Counted from the first letter of the whole stretch, positions 37,601-51,092 are shown. The stretch: DNA of 63,801 nt, filler included, from Octopus bimaculoides (GCF_001194135.2; 6 parts of 6 records of this genome joined end to end with filler, not necessarily neighbours in it), one strand, 5' to 3'. Notes: generated from the letters alone by a model not told the origin. Numbers and translations are program-made.

Positions 37601-37974
37601 TTTGTCCTTTGAAAGGTTCAGCATTCTAAGGTCTTTCTTCAGTACTCCATCCCATGTTTTCCCGGGTCTCCCACTTCCCATATCAAATTTATACGTATAG
37701 ATATATAACTGGGTCTCTGTCAGTCACCCTGGAATGGTAAGACCAGTAAAGTTAACCTCAGGGGGAGTTGAACCCAAATTATAAAGTTCCACAGCAATTA
37801 TCCCAAGGCATCTTATTCCTACACACTGCTGATAACAACAGCAATGACTTCCTGTGGTGCTCGGAAGTTTCTAGATAGTTTGGCTGTAGAGATTGAAGGC
37901 TTTCCGTGCTCCACCTCCAACTCACTGGTTTTAGTCAAATCACAGCTGATCATCCTATGTATATAAGTATGTAT

Positions 37975-38256
37975 GACCTGGTAGAAATAGCAGCTGGATT
38001 TCCCTCAAATCACAGCCCACTGTCTTGTGTATGTATATAAGTATGTATGAGCCAATGAGGGAGATCTGTACATGGTAGCTTGACCTGGTAGAAATAGCAG
38101 CTGGATTTCCCTCAAATCACAGCCCACTGTCTTGTGTATGTATATAAGTATGTATGAGCCAATGAGGGAGACCTGTACATGGTAGCTTGACCTGGTAGAA
38201 ATAGCAGCTGGATTTCCCTCAAATCACAGCCCACTGTCTTGTGTATGTATATAAGT
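37975..38256 (-). repeat. 107-bp tandem array, inverted relative to the 31992-32275 array
   Basis: Units start at 37975, 38082 and 38189. Each is the reverse complement of the 95-bp unit plus an insertion of about 12 nt. Confidence 0.9.
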
Positions 38257-39255
38257 NNNNNNNNNNNNNNNNNNNNNNNNNNNNNNNNNNNNNNNNNNNN
38301 TTAATTAATTAANNNNNNNNNNNNNNNNNNNNNNNNNNNNNNNNNNNNNNNNNNNNATGCAGTAAGATTCATTGTGACTGGAATGTGTTTTTATCATAGA
38401 TCTACACGTACAATATGGACCTGAGTTGAACTTACAATAACAGCAACAACAAAAGCAGCCGCAGCAACAACAGCAGCAGCAACAACTGCAGCAGCAACAA
38501 CTGCAGCAGCAACAACTGCAGCAGCAACAACTGCAGCAGCTGCGACAGAGGCGGCGGCGGCAGCGGAGGCAGCAACAGCAGTATTAATTTGGTCTGCCCT
38601 GAATTTATATACACAACATAAGTGACAGAATATGTCACGCGACGCTGTTTGGAAATAGGAATTTGTATGACCGCATTATGATTTAAAAGTGGTGGTGGCG
38701 GCGGCTGTGGTGAGGGTGGTGGTGTTAGTGGTGGCGGTGGTGGTAGTGGTGGCGGTGGTAGTGGCGATGATGGTGGTGGTAGCAGTAGTGGTGACGGTGG
38801 TGATGATGGTGGTGGTAGTGGTGGTGGTGACGGTGGTGGTGGTGGTAGCAGTAGTGGTGACGGTGGTGGTGGTGGTAGCAGTAGTCGTGACGGTGGGTTA
38901 CAACGTCGTTGGCGGAGGTTGTATTGGGTAGAGGAGGTGTCGGTTGAAGTACACTCGATTGATGTAGTATTTCAAAGCTGTTTGGTGGGCACAATGTTAA
39001 AAGACGAAGGTGTTGCGGAGAGGTAACGCTGGTAAAGGTGAGGTTAGTGCCCTGCTACAGATTGTGGAGCTGTTTGATAGAGGCTTATTGTTGTTTGTAG
39101 AAATGTTGATTGTGAAGGCATTGAATAGAACGGTGTTACTGTCTTAATAGAAGTTTAGTCATGTATTTTATTGCTTGTAGTTTTCGCTGGTTGTAGTGGT
39201 GCTCAGTGCAAATGAACTAAGTGTATGGCGTTGTGTTTAGTGGCATTTGAGTATA

Positions 39256-39470
39256 CGAGGGTGTGCTGAAAAGTTCCTAGCTTTAAGAGTACTGCGAAAG
39301 GCCTAGCTGGAGGCACAAACTTTCGAGTTCTTTTACAGGGCTTAGAAAAAATGAAAGACCACTACAGTAAGACTGAATCTGAGAGAGGAATATGTTGAAT
39401 AAAATCAGGATTAACTGATCCGCCTGTATTTTTTTTTCACCAAAAGCCAGGAACTTTTCAGCACCCCTTG
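39256..39470 (+). mobile_element. Mariner-derived MITE
   Basis: TIRs CGAGGGTGTGCTGAAAAGTTCCTAGCTTT / AAAGCCAGGAACTTTTCAGCACCCCTTG, with TA at the left flank and an internal mariner C-terminal remnant. Confidence 0.85.
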
Positions 39471-39481
39471 TCTATATACAT

Positions 39482-39871
39482 ACTCTTTTACTCTTGTACT
39501 CTTTTACTTGTTTCAGTCTTTTGACTGTGGCCATGCTGGAGCACCGCCTTTAGTCGAGCAAATCGACCCCAGGACTTATTCTTTGGAAGCCTAGTACTTA
39601 TTCTATCGGTCTCCTTTTGCCGAACCGCTAGATTACGGGGACATAAACACACCAGCATCGGTTGTCAAGCGATGTTGGGGGGACAAGCACAGACATACAA
39701 ACACATACACACATACATATATATATACATATATACGATAGGCTTCTTTCAGTTTCCGTCTACCAAATCCACTCACAAGGCTTTGGTCGGCCCGAGACTA
39801 TAGTGGAAGACACTTGCCCAATGTGCCACGCAGTGGGACTGAACCCGGGACCATGTGGTTGGTAAGCAAGC
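39482..39871 (-). mobile_element. SINE family A (5' end lost in gap)
   Basis: Reverse-complement match to family A over about 390 bp. Confidence 0.9.
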
Positions 39872-40585
39872 NNNNNNNNNNNNNNNNNNNNNNNNNNNNN
39901 NNNNNNNNNNNNNNNNNNNNNNNNNNNNNNNNNNNNNNNNNNNNNNNNNNNNNNNNNNNNNNNNNNNNNNNNNNNNNNNNNNNNNNNNNNNNNNNNNNNN
40001 NNNNNNNNNNNNNNNNNNNNNNNNNNNNNNNNNNNNNNNNNNNNNNNNNNNNNNNNNNNNNNNNNNNNNNNNNNNNNNNNNNNNNNNNNNNNNNNNNNNN
40101 NNNNNNNNNNNNNNNNNNNNNNNNNNNNNNNNNNNNNNNNNNNNNNNNNNNNNNNNNNNNNNNNNNNNNNNNNNNNNNNNNNNNNNNNNNNNNNNNNNNN
40201 NNNNNNNNNNNNNNNNNNNNNNNNNNNNNNNNNNNNNNNNNNNNNNNNNNNNNNNNNNNNNNNNNNNNNNNNNNNNNNNNNNNNNNNNNNNNNNNNNNNN
40301 NNNNNNNNNNNNNNNNNNNNNNNNNNNNNNNNNNNNNNNNNNNNNNNNNNNNNNNNNNNNNNNNNNNNNNNNNNNNNNNNNNNNNNNNNNNNNNNNNNNN
40401 NNNNNNNNNNNNNNNNNNNNNNNNNNNNNNNNNNNNNNNNNNNNNNNNNNNNNNNNNNNNNNNNNNNNNNNNNNNNNNNNNNNNNNNNNNNNNNNNNNNN
40501 NNNNNNNNNNNNNNNNNNNNNNNNNNNNNNNNNNNNNNNNNNNNNNNNNNNNNNNNNNNNNNNNNNNNNNNNNNNNNNNNNNNNN

Positions 40586-40643
<58 letters not shown>

Positions 40644-40734
40644 GGAGAGAAAGAGAGACAGAAATTTAGGGAGAGTTGATGATGTTTTTATTAAAAGTAG
40701 TAGTGTTGATGATGGCAGAATAATAATAAGAGAG

Positions 40735-40797
40735 AGAGAAAGAGTGGATATGTGAGAGAAAGAGTGGATATGTGAGAGAAAGAGTGGATATGTGAGA
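40735..40797. repeat. 20-bp tandem repeat x3 (GAGAGAAAGAGTGGATATGT)
   Basis: Direct reading. Confidence 0.85.
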
Positions 40798-41340
40798 TAA
40801 AGAGGGACTGACCACTGAACTAACATACTGAAGTAACATACTGAACGAACACACACATTTAGCCTTTTTTGTAATGGTAATGCGGTGATAGTAATAGTAT
40901 GAGCTGTAGTTGTGATAGAGGCGGAGACTTGGTGATGATGGTGGTGGTCGTGGTAGCCGAGGGGTGATGAAGTGAGAATAAGCGATGTGAAAGACAGTGG
41001 TGATGTGATGGAGAGGAAGGCGGTGAAGTCAAAGGTATTGATTGTTGTGGCGTCAGATGTCTGCATGGTTTGTGTATGGCAGATGTGGTGGCGATGGTGG
41101 TGGTACTGCTGTTTATCATGTAGCTTTGCGATAAGTTCCAAGTTCGACAAATTATATCATTTTGATGAAAATTGTTCATTGCTTGAAAAATATTGTTGAA
41201 GTTTAATAAAATTTAATATATACTCATTGCGTGAAGTGTCATTGTTGGGTCCAAGGCCGAATGAAGAGCTCTCCACAGGATCTAGCTCAAAAACTGCCCG
41301 ACAGGGCGGCTTTTTAAGCTAGTATATATGTATGTGTATA

Positions 41341-41557
41341 CAAAGGGGTGCTGAAAAGTTCATGGCCTCAAAGGCAACGCTAAAGGCCGGGTTGGAGGCT
41401 CAAACTTCCGAGTTCTTTTAAAGGGCTTAGAAAAACTGAAGGACTGCTGTAATAAGTGTGTGAATCTGAGAGAGAAATATGTTCAATAAAATCATAATTA
41501 ACTGATCCTCCTGTATTTTCTTTTACCCAAAGCCAGAAACATTTCAGCACTCCCTCA
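41341..41557 (+). mobile_element. Mariner-derived MITE (same family as 39256)
   Basis: Flanked by TA on both sides. TIRs CAAAGGGGTGCTGAAAAGTTC / GAAACATTTCAGCACTCCCTCA. The interior encodes LLKGLEKLKDCCNKCVNLREKYVQ*, a mariner transposase C-terminus. Confidence 0.88.
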
Positions 41558-43499
41558 TAGCAATAATGAGCGCAGTGATGTTGGCATAGTGTTGCAGTGT
41601 TGTGTGCCATGGTGAACCCTCTATGTGTATTTCGCTCATTCTTTACCTCCATTCATTCCACTTATATTCTTTACTCACACTCCAACTACAGTCTATGCTT
41701 CACATACATTTCATCAGTGTTCCACTTTTACTTTATCTGCATACCACCTATATTCCCCTCATAATTCACTCACACTCCACATATATATCACTCACACTTA
41801 ACCCATACTCCATCTTCATAATTCTCCAGCACTCTACCTTTTACCAGTCATATATCACGCGCAATCTACCAGTAATCCACTTATATTTCGCTATGATTTA
41901 CCCACACACAAAATATATTATACTCGCACTTTAGCTACAGTCCATCTATGTTCCACCCACCCTTCACAAACACGTCACTTAGTGGAATCATATAAGCTGA
42001 GTGTAATGATATTGAACATATCAGCATTGGGAATAATAATGTATATCTTAATGTTGAATACAATGAGATTGAGTATGATGGGGTTGATATCATTGTGATA
42101 ACAGTAATGGTATTTTTATAACTTGCTACTAGCTGTGGTTGCACTTGTCAGCTGAAACGATATTGGGTCAACGGTTGTTATCTTGTTTATAACAGTGAAT
42201 ACTAGATGCAGGGGTGGATATCGGTGGCTGGAAATTCGTTGCAGAGATGTTCATTGATAATCCGGTGCTGCATGTATTAGTGTTGGTGGAATTGGTGTCT
42301 GATTGTAGAATGTAGTAGTGTTGATAGTAAGTCGTTGATTCCAGTGTTGTTCTCTAGTGATTCAGACAACAACATTATTTGTGGTTCACCCACATTTTTG
42401 GATGAACTAATGTCATCGTGGTAGAGTTGGAGCTAAGTATAGTGGAGTAGACTGAAGTTAAATTGAGTTGTGGTGGCATTGTGTGCAGTCGAGTCGGTAA
42501 CTGGGCGGTAATTCTAGTGTAGTTGGCTTTCGTGTTGGGTGATGATCATTTAGATAAGACAGCTATTTGTTGATGGTATCCATAGATGTATTAATGCTAT
42601 AGTGGTGTAGTGGAGTTGAGTGCAGTTGAGGTGAGTGTAGTTTAGTTGGATGCAGTTGAGATGAGTGTAGTAGCAAAGCGTGCTGTTGAATTTGTTCTAC
42701 TTTATATGATTTACCTTCTAAATTATTCTACACGAGCTCTAAATTATTCGACGCTGGTTAGAGTCGTTCTGTGAGTCTTTTGTATTCCAAAGATCATTTT
42801 GCTGTCTTTGTTGTCTCATAATACACAACTAATGTTTTTGTTTTTCATATATTCAGATGACAAAATTAATTTTATCTTCTTTCTTATTTGTAAATCTTGT
42901 CTATAACACAATATGTGGCATCAGTTATATTCAATATGCTATATTTATTTGTATTTACACTTACTCTACTATTAATTATTCTACTTCATTTATTCCATTA
43001 TATTCACCTATTACCATTTGTATTCAACTTATTGAAAAGTATCATGTCTTAAACTTTAGCCTATTTACTTACTACACTGCATGCAAATATTTTTTTATTA
43101 TTTAAAACCAAGACAAAAAAAAAAAAAATCAGAAATAATCTGAAAGTCAAGACTAAAAATTTAGAAGGCCAAGGTGTGTTGGTGTCTCCTCATGTCTGTA
43201 CAAGAAATATTGTTCTTCAGGAATCTTTAGCGTGAATGAAAATAATGTTTATCATGTACATTAGCAGCTTCGCATGGAATGTGTCAAACATGTAAATGTG
43301 AAACTTCTGCATAAATTAAACCTGCTGTTTCTTGAAGACCTTTAAAAAATGTATGTAACCTGCCTATAAGATCAAGTATTTTGGTCGTTTTGAATAAACA
43401 TGTACAACATTTGTGAAATTTGATAGAACATTTATTGTAGAAAATAACTCGATGTAGAACGAGTGATTCATTGACTACAAGACATTGTACATACTGATT

Positions 43500-43695
43500 T
43501 CAAATTTTGGCACAAGGCTAGCAATTTCGAGGAAGGTGGTAAGCAGGTTACTTCGACCCTCACCAATGTTTTATCGACCCCGAAAAGGTAAAAGGCAAAG
43601 TTGACTCCGTCGGCAATTGAACTCGCAACAGTCGGAAGAAATGCTGCTAGGCATTTTGTCCAGCCCGGTGAGGATTCTGCCAGCTCGCCGCCTTA
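43500..43695 (-). mobile_element. SINE family B (diverged)
   Basis: TTTATCGACCCCGAAAAGGTAAAAGGCAAAGTTGAC...CTGCCAGCTCGCCGCCTT. Confidence 0.8.
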
Positions 43696-43845
43696 AATAT
43701 TGTACATACAAAAGTCATCAAACCTTTATAATTTTGGGAAAGTGATAAATATGTATATATGAATTTTTTTTTTATTTTCCAGTTATTTTGGCATTTTTAT
43801 TTACATCCTCACACTCTCAATAGTAACTTTTATTCTTTTATTTAT

Positions 43846-44337
43846 ATGACTGCAGTCATACTGGAGCACTGCCCAGGACTTATTTTTTAAGCCTAGTACT
43901 TATCCTATCGATCTTTTTGCCGAACTACTAGGTTACGGAGATGTAAACAGACCAACACTGGTTGACAAGCATTGATGTGGGAGACAAATACAGGTACAAA
44001 CACACACACACACACACATATGCGCATATATATATCTCTTTTACTCTTTTACTTGTTTCAGTCATTTGATTGCGGCCATGCTGGAGCACCGCCTTTAGTC
44101 GAGCAAATCGACCCCGGGACTTATTCTTTGTAAGCCTAGTACTTATTCTATCGGTCTATTTTGCCGAACCACTAGGTGACGGGGACAGAAACACACCAGC
44201 ATCGGTTGTCAAGCAATGCTAGGGGGACAAACACAAACACACACACATATATATATATACATATATACGACGGGCTTCTTTCAGTTTCCGTCTACCAAAT
44301 CCACTCACAAGGTTTTGGTCGGCCTGAGGCTATAGTA
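43846..44337 (-). mobile_element. Two tandem SINE family A segments (43846-43996 and 44036-44337)
   Basis: Reverse-complement matches to the family A 3' half and middle region. Confidence 0.85.
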
Positions 44338-44526
44338 NNNNNNNNNNNNNNNNNNNNNNNNNNNNNNNNNNNNNNNNNNNNNNNNNNNNNNNNNNNNNNN
44401 NNNNNNNNNNNNNNNNNNNNNNNNNNNNNNNNNNNNNNNNNNNNNNNNNNNNNNNNNNNNNNNNNNNNNNNNNNNNNNNNNNNNNNNNNNNNNNNNNNNN
44501 NNNNNNNNNNNNNNNNNNNNNNNNNT

Positions 44527-44905
44527 TCCCTCCACGAAATTCACCCACAAGGCTTTGGTCGACCCGATGCTATAGTAAAACACACTTGCGCAAGGCACCA
44601 TGCAGTGGGACTGAACCCGAAACCATGTGCTTGGGAAGCAAGCTTCTTATTTCTTTATTGCACACAAGGGGCTAAACATAGAGGGGACAAACAAGGACAG
44701 ACGCAAAGGGATTAAGTCGATTACATCGACCTCAGTGCGTAACTGGTACTTAATTTATCGACCCCGAAAGGATGTAAGGCAAAGTCGACCTCGGCGGAAT
44801 TTGAACACAGAACGTAGCGACAGACGAAACACCGCTAAGCGTTTCGCTCGGCGTGCTAACATTTCGGCCAGCTCGCTTCTTACCACACAGCCACGCCTAC
44901 GCCTA
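44527..44905 (-). mobile_element. SINE family A (44527-44649 plus 44875-44905) interrupted by a full-length SINE family B copy (about 44650-44875)
   Basis: The 8-bp direct repeat GCTTCTTA at 44642-44649 and 44875-44882 flanks the B copy as a target-site duplication. Confidence 0.88.
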
Positions 44906-45549
44906 CATTTTCTTAACACCACACCCATTATTAACGGCTCAGTACACTCGTAATTATCATAACTGGCTCTGGTAAGAGGATTGCTATTATTTCTATTATT
45001 GTTACTGCTGCTATTGTAGTTTCTCTGGTTGAGCTGATATATATTCAAAGGTAATTCTGCTGCTATCACCGTGTCATTGACTTAAATCTAATATATCTAT
45101 AAGGACTTCTTTGTCGAATGTGACTTCTTTAAAAGTCCATTGTGTGACATTTGAAGGAGATATTACACTCCTATTTCTGGCAGAGACCTTTCCTTAGTCT
45201 TTTTGATAAGTGGTCGTAGTCATAATTGTGATAGTAATGCCAGCAGCGTTGATAGTTAAAATGTGTTCGTGCTTGTAGTGGATGGTGGTTATGGTAGTAA
45301 CTATGCTGTTGTTGTTGTTGGAGGTGGTAGTGTTGTCGGTGGTGGTGATTGTGTTACAAAGGATTGCCTTTCTTCTTGATGAGTGGGTAATGTCTTACTG
45401 CATATGGCGCCTGGAGGAAAGAGAAAGAGCGCAGTGGTAAGAGGAAAAAACAGAGGCCAGAGAGAGAGAGGGGGGAGGGGAGAGAGCAAGAGGAAGTGAC
45501 ATATACATTTGTATATATGTGTTTGTGTGTGTATGTTTGCAGAGAGTGT

Positions 45550-45620
<71 letters not shown>

Positions 45621-46011
45621 GGGAGACAGACAGACAGTCTGGGATGGAAAATGAAATGGGCAAAAGGAAGTGCATTTGGTCAAGATTATGCTGCAAGACA
45701 GAAGCACTTCAATCGTAATCTCGTAATTTTTGATCAGAAAAGTCTTGTTTTAGAAGTTCTTAAAGTATTTTTCTCGAACTGTCGGGCATATTTAATTTTC
45801 TCAAAACCTTTCTTTTCATTTCGAATTTCAACAACCTGTATTTTAAAACGCGCCATCTTGTTTCTTTTGCTTTTGTTATTTAATAACATAGATATACAAC
45901 ACTGTACCTATAACCTAGATACTAACGATATTTTACCGATAGTCCACATCAAATTCACCTACACATTCCTTATATTAAAGCGTTCATTCACGCTTTTACT
46001 GTTATCCAAAC

Positions 46012-46210
46012 TAAGGTGGCGGGCTGGCAGAAAGGTTAGCACGCCGGGCGAAATGCTTAGCGGTATATCGTCTGCCGTTACGTTCTGAGTTCTAATTCCG
46101 CCGAGGTCGACTTTACCTTTCATCCTTTCGGGGCTGATGAAATAAGTACTAGTTACGTACTGGGGTCGTTGTCATCGGCTAGCTCCTCACCCAAATTCCA
46201 GGCCTTACGC
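46012..46210 (+). mobile_element. SINE family B
   Basis: AAGGTGGCGGGCTGGCAGAAAGGTTAGCACGCCGGGCGAAATGCTTAGCGG...CTTTCATCCTTTCGGGG. Confidence 0.9.
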
Positions 46211-48691
46211 TATATGTATGTATGTAGGTAGGTAGCTGAATAATCCAAGATAACAAAAGGCATCTTGTCCGACCTTTTAACAGTTACACAAATCCACTGC
46301 TATGAATTTATACATTATTATTGTTAATCCGGAAAGGGATAAGGAACATTAGTTGACCTTAATATAAAATTGTATTAACAGTTAAATCTGCCTTAAATAT
46401 GTTTTTAAAATGCTTGAGAATAGCACAGGTTTGCCATGGCTGACGTATGTATGATCATTATGTGGGGAACGTTGGATATAATGCCTGGCGGAATTCGTTT
46501 CAATACTATGCGTCCAGAGTTCAAATCTTGCCGAAATCAGCTTTATCTTTGATCCATTCGAGGTCGATGAAAAATATTGTTTTCTTTTCGTTATCAGCGC
46601 TTTGGCAGAACCGTAAGAAAATCGAACTGTATTCATTGCACTACTTGTTCCGGTTCTTTGCCTTCTGTGTTCAAATCCTACCGTAGCCGACATGTGTGGT
46701 AGACTTAATACATCGCCCGGTTTAACTCCACAACCTGGCATTTTGAGTGCCTTTTGTGGACCCTACTCTTTAGCAAGCATTCTAACCAGGTCGCCAATTT
46801 GAGAATACCACCCTCTCTTTTTTCCGCCAATCTTGGAAGTCCTGTAAAAGATCATGGGTATTGTACTGCACTCCTAACTAAAATAAAGAAAAAAACACAC
46901 CAGGAACTGCATAGAGGTCTGTCATAAAATAGTTTACATTTTTGTAGGGATAGAGGCAGTGGGGTTTTTTAAGACTTTGGCTTTTAAAGACAGCCCTAAA
47001 GTCATCTATATCATATAATGTATTTATAGCAGCTTCTAAGTATCCATTCCTCTCTAGTTTCGTATGAACGATGGTGCCTTTACTTGGTCTTTCAACCCTT
47101 TAGAAATAATATCTAAACTAGATTACTATTATTAAACAAAACCACCTCCAGAACATACTGAATAATGCAGACCGAGATCTGGATACATTTTATGAAAATA
47201 AAACATGATGTTCATGCAGGATTGAAACGCTTTGGTCATAGATATAAATGGTTAGTGTTGACCTTAGGATAAAGAACAACAAAAATAAAATGAACGTAAG
47301 TGCTAAATGCAAAAATACCAGCTGACAAATCTTGTTAGATATATGGTGCAGCCACCGGTTACAGTAGTGAGATTTCTATTGATCTGTAGTACATCATTAT
47401 TGCTAAGGAAAGTGAAGATTTTAGGGAGTTCAGTCTTTTGGTTATGAATTACTCGTAATGTAGGTGGTAGGATGTGAACAGCCGGCCTCTAATCCATTTA
47501 TTTATTTATTGTACAGCAATTCGTTATCTCTAAAGAAAGACAAACTGACAGAAAAAAAATTACAGAAATATAAAATACCTATTACCTTGTGGAGGGAGTT
47601 ACATACATTGAGATAAGGAACATCTGTCTCGAATGAAGTTAATCATATCATGCATGATGCGATTCCATTGGATTAGGGCTAAATTTCGTTAAGATGAGAG
47701 GACTAAAGATCCCCCTTGGACAGCGCAGCAGTACTTGTTTTTACAGCATGCACCCCACCCCCCACACTCACACACACACACACAAAATAGTTCCCACACT
47801 TAAAAGAAAACACGCCTTCATACATTATCACATTATAATTACTAACCTATGTACCGTGTCCTCTCTCCAAGTACTCTGCAGTTACAATAACTGTTTCTGC
47901 TCTTCCTAACCAATAAATTGTTTGGCGCCACACGCCAAACAACTTGTTTTGCTGTTGACTTCCAGCAGTTTAAGCAGAACATTTTTTGTATCACTCTCAG
48001 AGACTCAGTAGGCACGCAAAGGTCATAGGTGTTACAGCTCCTTGCAGAAAACAAAAAAAATTGCAGCTGCGATTTGAAGAAGTAGAGGTAGTCACACCGC
48101 GGTGTTTGGAGCATAATGTTGAGTGGATATTTGCTATCATTCTGATAACTGTTTGAAATTTTGTGGTGGAGGTGTATCGGTTGCATGGTGATGGGTTAGT
48201 AGAGGTCGCAGGTGTTGTTGAGTAGAAGCTTGCTTGTCTATCAATCAGTTAACCCTCCGAGGTGAAGGGAAGTGCGTTCCTCTGGCAGTGAGTTAGTGAT
48301 TGTAGCTTATTGGTCGGTTAACATCTCGAGTTTGAATCGAATACAGTTCAGAAAGATTGTGTGTATGTCAACCTCACTAAATAATATTTCATATGAAAAG
48401 GAAATAAAATGAATAAATAGATTAAAAAAATAGAGGAATAGACATGATGCTGTCACCCTATTTAACGGTCCCAAAGGAATATATTGATTTATGTGATATA
48501 TTTCGACTTGTTGGTGTCAGAGAGCAAAGAACTTATGCTGATAATGTTTTTTCAAGACAAGCCGAGTGGAGGAAAAAAGGTTAGAAGTTACAAAATGATC
48601 GATGCTGTTTGTTATATGTTTGAAATCGTATATTTGATGAAGGCAAAAATTTGCTGTGTTATCTATCTTCACCGTTTGACTTGTTACTTAC

Positions 48692-48722
48692 ATTCCGTTT
48701 CGGTCGCTGTGGAATCTGACAT
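48692..48722 (-). CDS. Candidate first coding exon segment, MSDSTATETE plus a phase-1 intron (unverified)
   Basis: Minus strand GGGAAA-ATG TCA GAT TCC ACA GCG ACC GAA ACG GAA T|GTAAGT gives an AAAATG start context and a consensus donor in unique sequence. A possible upstream acceptor is CTTTTAG near 48775. No homology was recognised. Confidence 0.3.
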
Positions 48723-50299
48723 TTTCCCAGTGATACAATAGCGTTTTACACGTGATAACTATCGGTCTCATAACTAAAAGTATGGTTTTAATTATAATTT
48801 CTTAGCTTACTGCATCAAGTTTGTTAGCACCCATTTTACTTCTAAGTTGTTATGCAGCAAGTATCAGTCATTTCTTTAAGGTAATAATGCCAGTGTATGT
48901 TCATTAGCAACAATTCTCTTGTCATTTTAAGGTCTGCAATAACATTTAGACTAACATTAACTGAGATAGTCTGACATCACTGAAATATAAATAGAGCTTA
49001 TCACTGTATTACTGAAGATCAGGCTCATTATCCACCTTATTCAATTTACCGCCCGGTAACTTGAAATCAATGTTCAGATTACAGGGGGTAGGATGACATT
49101 GATTTCAAATTATCACTAGGGTACTTCGAAATCGATTTCATCCTATACCTATGATTCAGATTACCACCCTACTCAAAGTCTTCCTCAAATATTTATCACC
49201 CTAGCGGCAAATAATAGAATTAAAAAAGAAATTTGTTATTACCATCATCGTGATAACATTTTCTTTCTCTGATAGTTATAAATTTCAATAAGAATAATTT
49301 ATGAATACCTTCAGAAAAACTTGAGAGGTTTCTGTTAAGGGAGGTAACGTGCGAGAACATTAATGTATATGTAAAGGTTTTTTGCTTGTGTATGCGTTAG
49401 ATACACAAATGTTTCTACATAAATTTACATTGCTTATATTTAAAGTGTATAAATATATTTTTTGTATAACAAATATGCTTCGTTTGCATCTAAAGAGTAT
49501 TAATATATTTCGTTTTGTGTATAATTATATTACTTTTGCATTTAACGTGTATTAATATATTTTGTCATGTATAATATATATTTCGATCGTATCTGAAATG
49601 TATAAATATATTTTTAATTATATTTTATCTTTAAAAAAATTAGAACTGAAATAATAGTTTTAAATCATCAAGAAGTAAAACAAACGAAAGCTTCCAAGTA
49701 CAAACAAAACATATATATTTGTACACTTCGAATACAAGGAAAACACATTTATGGGAAAAAATTGTACGGTTGCAAATCCTCTAATCCAAATAAGTTTCTC
49801 ATAAAAAAAAGAAAGCGAAAACCAATGTTTAATTTTTTAAAAAATTGCAGACTCAAAATCTCTGATGTTCAAAGTGTTTTTTTAACGATATCAAATAAAC
49901 GTTAGGGGATGTTCTAAAAATCTAATGTTTATTTTTATATTTTTCACATTTTAAGATAGGTTTGAATACTACGCGTGCATAATAAAACTATAAACGTGTT
50001 ATATGTTGTAAGCTTTAGAATCTATCGTTTTGGCGAAATAAAAGGGGCAATGGGAACAGTGCAAGGGTAATCTGAAATCGGGTTCAGGTTACCCCCCCCC
50101 TAACACACGACACACGCACATACCGCCCCTCGGAGTAATATGAAATTGATTTCGGATTACCGGAGTTTAAATTGATATGGCAGGATGGAGAGTAACTTGA
50201 AGTCTTTATACCGGTCCAGTGGAGAAAGAAACAGAAAGGTCCATTCGTAAAATTAAATTTTACTTCATAATCCTGTATCCTCATTTACTGATTTCACTC

Positions 50300-50612
50300 A
50301 CCAGACTGCAGCCATGCTGGAGTATTGTGTTGTAAGTATAGTCAAACAAATAGACACCGGTACTTATTAAAAGTCTGTTACCTATTCTAACGGTCTCTTT
50401 TGTTGAATCATTAAGTTACGTGAATGTAAACAAACCAACACCGGTTGTTAAATGGCGGGTAAAAAAAAAACATGCGACAGGCTTTCATGCAGTTTTGTAG
50501 TTTCTGTCAATCAATTGCACTCACAAAGTGCCACATAGTGGGACTGAACCTGAACTAGTCGTTCTGAAGCGAACATCTTAACCACACACACACGCGCACA
50601 TATGCCTGCGCC
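50300..50612 (-). mobile_element. Diverged SINE family A
   Basis: GACTGCAGCCATGCTGGAG...GTGCCACATAGTGGGACTGAACC...TGCCTGCGCCT. Confidence 0.75.
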
Positions 50613-51092
50613 TTTATGTTGACAAAAAGAACTCAAAAGTGAAATACTGAAAAGAAAAAAAAAAATTAACATAATTTAAAAGATAATCAATATAAATGAA
50701 AATAATAATTTAAAAGATAATAATATAAATATATAAATAAAAATAAATAGTTAAACATTAAAATAACAAACCACATTTTATTAACTTGATCAATTATTAA
50801 TATCATTCTGCCTATTCTTCTTTATGCGTGTGTTTGAGTTTTACTATCTCAACAAAATTAACTACGGAACAAAACTGAGGACATAATAAACGAATTTTTT
50901 TACACAACNNNNNNNNNNNNNNNNNNNNNNNNNNNNNNNNNNNNNNNNNNNNNNNNNNNNNNNNNNNNNNNNNNNNNNNNNNNNNNNNNNNNNNNNNNNN
51001 NNNNNNNNNNNNNNNNNNNNNNNNNNNNNNNNNNNNNNNNNNNNNNNNNNNNNNNNNNNNNNNNNNNNNNNNAAAACAGAAGAAATGCCGGT

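Noticed and set aside
38432-38594. Poly-Gln-like CAG/CAA tract
   Set aside because: No convincing splice boundaries or flanking coding sequence, and it lies among other triplet repeats.
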